NCBI GenBank assembly: GCA_046758445.1
Contig: JBHIAE010000054.1
Coordinates: 1 to 19,038 of the forward strand
Direction: 5' to 3'
Length of the DNA stretch: 19,038 nucleotides
Source: Candidatus Thorarchaeota archaeon
GTDB taxonomy: Archaea; Asgardarchaeota; Thorarchaeia; Thorarchaeales; Thorarchaeaceae
Positions within the stretch are counted from its first letter, which is position 1. Each line of letters opens with the position of its first letter. The notes under the pieces were generated by a model. That model did not search any database. It was not told where the DNA came from and worked only from the letters and a program-made list of their open reading frames with translations. The position numbers were made by a program, and so were the translations under genes. Positions 8,152 through 15,188 of the stretch are shown one piece after another.

Positions 8152-8967
8152 ATGGTCGACTTCTCTCTGCTTCACAAGAAGGCGCGGCATGACATCCGTG
8201 TATGTCTTCAGGTCTGGTCTGAACTACTTCGCGAGAGTCTGGGAGAGCGCCTCAAGTATGCCTACGCCAAGGGATCGGCTGTCAAGACATGGGACTCCGC
8301 AATTGACTACGTTCCAGTAGTAAGTGATGTGGACATACATGTCTATCTCAGTGATGACGCCGGACTCTTTGCTGGATATGATGATGCATTCAAGCGGTCG
8401 ATGGAACTGTCCAGCTTGTTTGAGAGAGCTTTCTATCAGCGGGAACCCGACCCACTTCATTTACCGAGGACTCAGATAGTTCTTCTAAATGATGCGTTAA
8501 AGCAGAAGGGATTCACCATGCCCCGGCTGAGTGACGTTCAACCGATTGTTGGAAATCCTGTCTTCCCTTCCCAACCATCTCCGGAAACCACTCGACATTA
8601 CGATCTGCTAAACTTGAGAGAGCTAGGGGAATACTTGGATGCTGTTCCCCTAAAGACAGTAGACCGTGCGGGATTCGATTTCTGGTCATTGATTCGAACG
8701 ATGATATGGAGAGTTTCCCCAACTCCAGTCCGATTACTCACACAGAGGCATGAAGACCCAATGGAGGTATGGAGCTGGAACCGAACCCGAATTGCAGAGG
8801 AACTAAAGACTCACGGTCACAATATCTTGGAAGGGCGCTATCGGGGATTCTATGAGGCGGGCTGGCGCTTGTTCATCTTAGGGTTCACGAGCTCGGAGGA
8901 CTTCCGTGGGATGGTCTATAATGGATACTATTTGCTAAGGGGCTGCCGTGATGCTGTTGGCAACTAA
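8152..8967 (+). CDS. Putative nucleotidyltransferase (DNA polymerase beta superfamily fold) with a helical C-terminal domain
   Basis: hG[GS]...SDxDh signature: YAYAKGSAVK...SDVDIHVYL (8272-8334). ATG 8152 preferred over GTG 8134 because of promoter spacing. Confidence 0.65.
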   Translation: MVDFSLLHKKARHDIRVCLQVWSELLRESLGERLKYAYAKGSAVKTWDSAIDYVPVVSDVDIHVYLSDDAGLFAGYDDAFKRSMELSSLFERAFYQREPDPLHLPRTQIVLLNDALKQKGFTMPRLSDVQPIVGNPVFPSQPSPETTRHYDLLNLRELGEYLDAVPLKTVDRAGFDFWSLIRTMIWRVSPTPVRLLTQRHEDPMEVWSWNRTRIAEELKTHGHNILEGRYRGFYEAGWRLFILGFTSSEDFRGMVYNGYYLLRGCRDAVGN

Positions 8968-9003
8968 CTGGTGGCCTGTTCGTACCTATTTGGTTATATC
9001 TGA

Positions 9004-9843
9004 GTGAAGAAAAGACCACAAACAGTCCCCTTGACTCCGGGAGGCTTCTGCTTGAAACCGTACAGGACACTGCCTACAAAGAAACTCGAAACGGATGGCT
9101 TTAGGAACGAGGACGATCTGGTCGCAATAGAAACCGCGATGGAACTGAGATTGGAGAAGGAGTTCATCGCTGCATTTGTATGTAGCCCTGGTCTTCAGAA
9201 GGAACTGGCATTGGGCTACATGCTCACGTCGGGAATCCTTCATTCTGTTGATGAAATGGCCAGCGTCAAGTGTCTGAACAATGTATGCACGGTTAGACCG
9301 GCAGAAGGTGTTCCCATCCGTTCAAGGCACCGTCCACTTCACGTGAGGAGAGTCGTCACTACAGAGTGTTCGGCGCCAGAAATCCTTCAGGAGCTCAGAA
9401 CTGCATCTGGCATACCGGAGCTTGACTTTCAAATCTCCATCCCAATACATGAGCTGTATGATGCAACGAAGTTGATGAGAGAGTCTCAAGAAATTCGTCA
9501 GAAGACAGGAGCCACACATGCAGCACTTCTCAAAGACACTGGGACCGGCAGCTATTCTGTAGTTGAGGACTTGGGGCGACATACTGCCGCAGACAAGTGC
9601 ATTGGACTAGCCGTCAACAAAGGATATGACCTCAAGTCCTCCATCCTGCTGACCAGCGGCCGTCTGACAGCCGATATCGTCAGCAAGTGTGCCTGGGCTT
9701 CAATCCCATTGCTTGCCTCCTCCGCGGTAGCCACTGACGCTGCAATTAAGTTCGCTCAACGAGGAAACATCACCCTAGTTGGTTCGCTTCGAGGCCAACG
9801 AATGAGGCTCTACAATGAGGGAGCAGCGGAGTTATCAGTCTGA
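9004..9843 (+). CDS. fdhD: Formate dehydrogenase accessory sulfurtransferase FdhD family
   Basis: SPGLQKELALGYMLTSG, TGATHAA, EDLGRHTAADKCIG, TSGRLTADIVSK and NITLVGSLRG are typical FdhD blocks. Confidence 0.9.
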   Translation: MKKRPQTVPLTPGGFCLKPYRTLPTKKLETDGFRNEDDLVAIETAMELRLEKEFIAAFVCSPGLQKELALGYMLTSGILHSVDEMASVKCLNNVCTVRPAEGVPIRSRHRPLHVRRVVTTECSAPEILQELRTASGIPELDFQISIPIHELYDATKLMRESQEIRQKTGATHAALLKDTGTGSYSVVEDLGRHTAADKCIGLAVNKGYDLKSSILLTSGRLTADIVSKCAWASIPLLASSAVATDAAIKFAQRGNITLVGSLRGQRMRLYNEGAAELSV

Positions 9844-9968
9844 AGATTCCTTCGGACATAGCGGCCGCGCACCACAACGAAGGTCGTTTCAATTGGAAAT
9901 CGGTCTACATTACGGAGAAACCTACAGAGGCTAATTCTTATCAATACACCACTCGGTGTAGGTGCGTC

Positions 9969-10478
9969 ATGAAGCGCATCTTGGTTCTTGGTCCGAGTGG
10001 CTCAGGAAAGTCAACATTTGCCAAGAATCTTGCCGAGCGTCTAGGTCTCCCTTGGATCAATCTGGACTCTCACTATTGGAAACCCAATTGGCAAGAAACG
10101 CCAGAACAAGAGTGGAGAAAAGTGGTCGGGCAGCTCATTCTGCAGGATGAGTGGGTGATGGATGGCAACTACTCCAAGACATTGGAAATGAGGATAAAGA
10201 GGGCAGACACAGCTGTCTTGTTGGACGTTCCAAGAAGAGTTTCATTCTGGAGAGTGTTGAAGAGACGCATCAAGCATCGAGGAGAGGTGAGATCTGAATT
10301 AGCTGAGGGCTGCTATGAGAAGATCGACTTGGACTTCTTGAGATGGATATATGGGTACCCCAAACGGACTAGACGAGAGGTTGATAGAATCCTTGCTGAG
10401 AACTCTGATGACACAAATGTGGTGGTGCTGAAGGGTTCTAAGGAAGCAGCGGACTATCTTTCCAATTTTCCCAGTTAG
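9969..10478 (+). CDS. Small P-loop kinase, adenylate-kinase-like ('topology modulation protein' FlaR family)
   Basis: KRILVLGPSGSGKST, LDSHYWKPNW, WVMDGNY, RADTAVLLD, GCYEKIDLDFLRWI. Confidence 0.85.
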   Translation: MKRILVLGPSGSGKSTFAKNLAERLGLPWINLDSHYWKPNWQETPEQEWRKVVGQLILQDEWVMDGNYSKTLEMRIKRADTAVLLDVPRRVSFWRVLKRRIKHRGEVRSELAEGCYEKIDLDFLRWIYGYPKRTRREVDRILAENSDDTNVVVLKGSKEAADYLSNFPS

Positions 10479-10531
10479 ACCAGTTGTATCTACCGATAGT
10501 ATCTTAGGTGCGATAGTTCGGCTGACCGTTC

Positions 10532-11434
10532 ATGCAGGTCACCCCTGAGCTCATCCTTGGCACGACAGTAGGCTTTGCCGCATCAGCGATGTGGGCTGTT
10601 TCCGTTGTTGTCTACAGGTCACAGAGCAAAGAGATACGCCCGTTGGCAATCAGCTCTATCAAGATGTGGGTGGCCCTGGGATTCATGTCCTTGATTGTAG
10701 TTTTGCCGTTCAGACCAGAGCCATTCACGATGCTACCAGAGGCCGTTCTCTTTCTTGCACTTTCTGTTACGTTTGGAGCCGTGATTGGTGACACGCTTTA
10801 CCTCATCAGCCAAGAGAGGATTGGTGTTTCCTATGCCTTTCCAATCGCAATGTCCTTTCCAATTCTCACCTATTTCTTGGCAATAGTCTTTCTTGGCGAT
10901 ACTCTGGTGCCTTCGAAACTGCTAGGTACCGTGGTGACTGTTACCGGATTAATACTCATTTCGCGAGAGCAAAACGGGAAAAGCGAGGATGGCTCTGCCG
11001 CGAGATTTGACCCGTTAGGTATCACTCTAGCATTCCTGACCATGGTCCTCTTTGCTAGCGCCACAGTCATGCTAGACAAAGGTGTTACTCACGTTGACCC
11101 GATTGACGCCAATTTCGTGAGGGTCGTATTCGGTTCCTTAGAGTTCGTACCGCTCTTTGTTGTGGCACGCCAATACGGAATGCCAATGCCCACAAAGCGC
11201 GCCGCCAAGATCGTGGCTTCTGCAGGCCTTTTTGGAATGGCGATAGGGTCATTGCTCTACGTCTGGATGGTCAAACTCATTGGTGCGGCCATGGGTGCAG
11301 TTGTAGGGTCCACGTCGCCTCTCTTTGCAGTTCCAATCTCGGTCTTCTTCCTCAAGGAGAAACTCACAGCCTTGGCAGGGGTTGGCGTCCTGGCAACGGT
11401 GGCTGGAGTCATACTAGTCGTGGTGGCATTCTAG
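10532..11434 (+). CDS. DMT superfamily (EamA-like) transporter, 10 TM
   Basis: 300 aa with two 5-TM halves; GDTLY...IGVSYA in the first half and SPLFAVPISVFFLKEKL in the second. Confidence 0.9.
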   Translation: MQVTPELILGTTVGFAASAMWAVSVVVYRSQSKEIRPLAISSIKMWVALGFMSLIVVLPFRPEPFTMLPEAVLFLALSVTFGAVIGDTLYLISQERIGVSYAFPIAMSFPILTYFLAIVFLGDTLVPSKLLGTVVTVTGLILISREQNGKSEDGSAARFDPLGITLAFLTMVLFASATVMLDKGVTHVDPIDANFVRVVFGSLEFVPLFVVARQYGMPMPTKRAAKIVASAGLFGMAIGSLLYVWMVKLIGAAMGAVVGSTSPLFAVPISVFFLKEKLTALAGVGVLATVAGVILVVVAF

Positions 11435-11466
11435 TAGCTAAGGCTCTATTGACGGCACTCCTGAGA

Positions 11467-12393
11467 TCACTCTGCAGAAGCTAGCTGGACGTAGACCTCA
11501 AAGACGTCGTTCCCACGTGCAAACCTGACCCTGAGCTTCTCTCCAACGCGTTTGCCAAGTATCTTGCGGCGAAGGTCATCCATGGTGTCAACATCATTAT
11601 CATCGATGCCGACAATGACATCTCCTGCCCTCAATCCAGATTCCGCTGATGGCCCCCTTGGCACCTGCACTATCAGGGCGCCCTTGTCAACTGGAAGCCT
11701 ATAGTGCGAGGCCACTCGTTTATCTAGGGTCACTCCCATTATTCCCATCCATGGTGTCCTAACGGTCCCTGTTTCGACCAGTTCATTGAATACGGCCTTG
11801 ATCATGTCTACCGCTATTGCGAAACCGATGCCCTGGCTAAATGGAATCATTGCAGTGGGTACGCCAATAAGATTGCCTCCCGAGTCAACAAGAGCACCAC
11901 CACTATTGCCAGGGTTGATCTCCGCCGAGGTCTGAACCAACCCCTCAAGGAAGGAGTCCCTACTCTGAATCGTCCTGTCTACCGCACTCACCATCCCAAA
12001 TGTCACAGTCGTGCCTAGACCTAGTGAGTTGCCTATGGCTATGGCAAACTGTCCAACCTTGAGTGCCCCGGAGTCGCCCAACTCAATGGGTGTAAGATTC
12101 GCTGCGTCGACTTTGAGAACAGCCAAGTCTCTGAGTTTTGACTCGCCTACCACAACGGCCTTGAGCGTTCGCCCATCGTTCAAGGTGACCTCAACGTCCC
12201 TGGCTCCTGCCACAACATGGGCATTAGTGACAACAAAGCCCTCCTCCGTCAAAATGACCCCGGATCCCTGGCCCTGAACAGGTACGCGTCGTGAGAGTTG
12301 ATCTCTCGCAAGTCTTGTTGTGGAAACGCTAACAACGCTGGGAACAACTTTCGCAACAATATCTACAAGTCTTTTCTCAAGTTTGGCAAGCAT
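11467..12393 (-). CDS. htrA: HtrA/DegP-family trypsin-like serine protease with one PDZ domain and no export signal
   Basis: GSGVI, TNAHV (His), DLAVLKV (Asp), INPGNSGG (Ser). PDZ: PWMGI...GPSAESGLRAGDVIVGID. Confidence 0.93.
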   Translation of the reverse strand: MLAKLEKRLVDIVAKVVPSVVSVSTTRLARDQLSRRVPVQGQGSGVILTEEGFVVTNAHVVAGARDVEVTLNDGRTLKAVVVGESKLRDLAVLKVDAANLTPIELGDSGALKVGQFAIAIGNSLGLGTTVTFGMVSAVDRTIQSRDSFLEGLVQTSAEINPGNSGGALVDSGGNLIGVPTAMIPFSQGIGFAIAVDMIKAVFNELVETGTVRTPWMGIMGVTLDKRVASHYRLPVDKGALIVQVPRGPSAESGLRAGDVIVGIDDNDVDTMDDLRRKILGKRVGEKLRVRFARGNDVFEVYVQLASAE

Positions 12394-12686
12394 GGTTCAC
12401 ACTGTGGCATTAACTATGGTACTCAGTTATTAGTATGAGCATCGGACAATTCGGCTGTGATTCCACCTTGATTTGGCCTTTGCTGAAACGGCAGGTCAAG
12501 AGCATCACTCTTCGTCCGTGACAGGACGATTCTTCTTGGCAAGTATGTGCTTGGATAGCATACTCAGCCGAAACCTGTACGAAAACCTCAGACATTGAGT
12601 AAACTCGTACTGTTCTGAACGCAAAGACAACCAAGGAATCCTTTTCACATCTAGACTAGTCTTCTTTCTGTAAGTGATGTTGGACG

Positions 12687-14966
12687 ATGGAATACAGTGG
12701 ACGTCTAATAGCAAAGGTTGCTGGCATCGTTTCAGTGGCTGTGATTGCTGCTGTCTTGGCTATTGGAGGTGCCGGACTTGCTTCGCTGACGCCCACAGCC
12801 AGAGTCGGTGTACACTCACTTCTTTCGTACTGGGCTGCAATTCCAGTCGCAGTCAGTATACTTGCGCTCGCGAAACGCTCGTCCAAATCACACGTTGCGC
12901 TATGTTCTGCACTTCTATTTCCGACATTTGTTCACATGGGCAGTGCCATAATGTACCGACTTGATCTTCTCCAATCTGGTGTGGTTAGGCAGGTGCCAAA
13001 TCTCGTAGGTGACGTATTTGAGTTGACTGCGTTTGGTCTTCTTCTAATGGCCGCAGTATGGTTGTCCACTATTCCTAAGAATAGCGCGTTGGGAATCAAT
13101 GGTTTCGCGGCAGCCATTGTCCTGGTGTTCATTCAGCTGGCAGTGTACGGCTTACTGTGGTTCTTTGTCTTTCCCGCGATGTCCACCATCGTTTTGGTGG
13201 CCTTTGGTGTCATCATTGGAATCATTGGTTTCTCCGCATTCCTGGTCAATGCATATCTCTCCCTGCGGTTGCAGTACGAACATCTCCTGATTGATGCGGG
13301 ATATCTTGCTAGCGCTCTTGTCCTACTGGGATTCTCCACAGCAGTTACGGCAGCTGAGATAATACAGCCCACATCATCTTGGATCTATGCTGAGAATCTT
13401 CAGATAGCTGCATTCATCTTGCTCGGACTTTCGTTAGGTGTTCCTTTCCTCAAGAGGTCCGGGCTCAATGGCATGACGGCGCATCTCATTGTTGCAGGAC
13501 TAGCGATAATAACCTACCTGCCGTTCACGATAACAATCTCCATAGAAGTTATGCAGCTCAACGCAGTCATTGAGCCTCTGAACCGACTCGCCTTTTCCAT
13601 CATTCACATTGGTGCTGGCTCATTATCAGCTATGATGGCTATTCTCCTGCACACATTTTCCAAACGGCATCCTTCACGGAACCACTACGCCCTCATACTT
13701 CTTTTTGCGCTTTGGGCAGGGGTAGCAGCTGTATCAGTTCTGGCTGTCATCATCCCCGAATTGACACCATTGGGTGAACCCATAGTCCCCTATGTCGTAG
13801 GTAGTCTACTCTCATTCCCTCTCCTAGTCTATGCGGTGAGGTGGACCACTCCTGATCTAAGAGCTGCAGTTTCGCGCCGCCCTAGCCTTCGGCTGTTCAT
13901 AGGAGTGGTGCTTCTTCTCGCCGCAGTTGTCACCGGCGAAGCTGTCAACCAGTTAGTTCTGCAAAGATACGGAGGGCTCAGCGGCAACCCGGCCAGTAAC
14001 TCCATCCTCCTGGGCACCAGCCTGGTGAGTATGTTGGCTTTTGCCGTCTTAATCTTTGTCCTTGCTGAACAGTCTCGAGGTCGGATTTCCATTGAGATTT
14101 ACGCAGCATTCTTCCTTTCCATGTGGATTGTACCTAACATTCTCAAGAGTTACTATACAATGTGGACAGCTGGATGGTGGGTTTCAGAGGTTCTCATCTT
14201 CATAGGAATGTTGCTGGGTCCTCCACTGATGGGTCTGTTCTATGTCCGAGCCTTGCAGGACGCGGAAGACTCCCACCACAGGGCGAACCTGTATGCCGAT
14301 CTACTGATGCACGACGTAAGTAACTACAATCAGATGCTATTGACCGCTCTAGAGTTGCTTGGTGAGAAGGACGTTTCTGACATGCTGCGAAACAGGGTAT
14401 CAGGAGACGCAAGGCAGGTAATCTCCTTCGCGGACCAGTTGATAGCAAATGTCAGACTGATTGGAAGAACGGACAGACTTGTTCAGAGTACTCTTAAACC
14501 GACGAATCTCGTGGCCACGGTCATAGAGGCACTTGACATAGTGACACAGGGTGCGATTGGAGAGGACATTGAGCTTCGGCTAAGAACAGATAGCGGACAC
14601 GGATTCGTTCTCGCTGACGAGGCTCTGAAGTATGTCTTCATGAATCTCCTCTATGTGGCCTTTCAACAGCCAATTGAGAAGAAGACCATCCTCATTGAGA
14701 TTGATACCTATGCTGATTCTGGACTGTGCCAATGGAGAGTTCGTATGAGCGTTCCTGGTCTGTGGATAGACCAGAGGGACAGAGAAGAACTGATGCATAG
14801 GGACGCCGACACATATAGTAGCAGCGCGCTTGGACTACTTGTAGCCCGCTTGATAACCGAGTCTCTTGGGGGCTCTTTCACTATGACTGACAGACTAGAA
14901 CAGGAATTCCATCAGGGGACTGTTTTTGTCGTGACGCTACCGGGTCACGAGAAACCTGAAGATTGA
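12687..14966 (+). CDS. Membrane sensor, histidine-kinase-like (~16 TM + HisKA + degenerate HATPase_c)
   Basis: About 520 aa of hydrophobic helices, H-box LLMHDVSNYNQ (His at 14310-14312), then VFMNLL...LGLLVARLITESLGG...GTVFVVTLP. Confidence 0.85.
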   Translation: MEYSGRLIAKVAGIVSVAVIAAVLAIGGAGLASLTPTARVGVHSLLSYWAAIPVAVSILALAKRSSKSHVALCSALLFPTFVHMGSAIMYRLDLLQSGVVRQVPNLVGDVFELTAFGLLLMAAVWLSTIPKNSALGINGFAAAIVLVFIQLAVYGLLWFFVFPAMSTIVLVAFGVIIGIIGFSAFLVNAYLSLRLQYEHLLIDAGYLASALVLLGFSTAVTAAEIIQPTSSWIYAENLQIAAFILLGLSLGVPFLKRSGLNGMTAHLIVAGLAIITYLPFTITISIEVMQLNAVIEPLNRLAFSIIHIGAGSLSAMMAILLHTFSKRHPSRNHYALILLFALWAGVAAVSVLAVIIPELTPLGEPIVPYVVGSLLSFPLLVYAVRWTTPDLRAAVSRRPSLRLFIGVVLLLAAVVTGEAVNQLVLQRYGGLSGNPASNSILLGTSLVSMLAFAVLIFVLAEQSRGRISIEIYAAFFLSMWIVPNILKSYYTMWTAGWWVSEVLIFIGMLLGPPLMGLFYVRALQDAEDSHHRANLYADLLMHDVSNYNQMLLTALELLGEKDVSDMLRNRVSGDARQVISFADQLIANVRLIGRTDRLVQSTLKPTNLVATVIEALDIVTQGAIGEDIELRLRTDSGHGFVLADEALKYVFMNLLYVAFQQPIEKKTILIEIDTYADSGLCQWRVRMSVPGLWIDQRDREELMHRDADTYSSSALGLLVARLITESLGGSFTMTDRLEQEFHQGTVFVVTLPGHEKPED

Positions 14967-15086
14967 GAAGGTCTAGAAGCATCAAGTAACTCTTCAAACC
15001 AGCTGTGCCATTCAGAACAGTCTTGTGGTGCCTGACGGCGACGCTGTTGTTGCGCTGATACAAACTGAGAGGTAGTCGACTGCATA

Positions 15087-15188
15087 CTTGGCCAGTGGTA
15101 GTCTGACGATGAAGCTGGCACTTTTGGGGTGCTTATCACTTACTATATCTTCGACATCTACTTCCCTACCAACGCGTTTGACTATCCT
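15087..15188 (-). pseudogene. Remnant of the 3' end of a histidine kinase (HATPase_c C-terminal strands)
   Basis: Minus-strand frame with no start of its own reads RIVKRVGREVDVEDIVSDKHPKSASFIVRLPLAK. It aligns without gaps to the neighbouring kinase tail (LITESLGGSFTMTDRLEQEFHQGTVFVVTLPG). Confidence 0.6.

Noticed and set aside
8152-8967. CBASS CD-NTase or MNT-HEPN toxin-antitoxin interpretation
   Set aside because: No effector, Cap or HEPN gene is adjacent, and no other defence genes are in the window.
9945-9960. Palindrome TACACC-ACTC-GGTGTA just upstream of the kinase start
   Set aside because: A single 6-bp dyad that could arise by chance; no second copy found.
12410-12714. Minus-strand ORFs of 74 and 69 aa between htrA and the sensor
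   Set aside because: Weak starts, no motifs, and they overlap probable promoter DNA.
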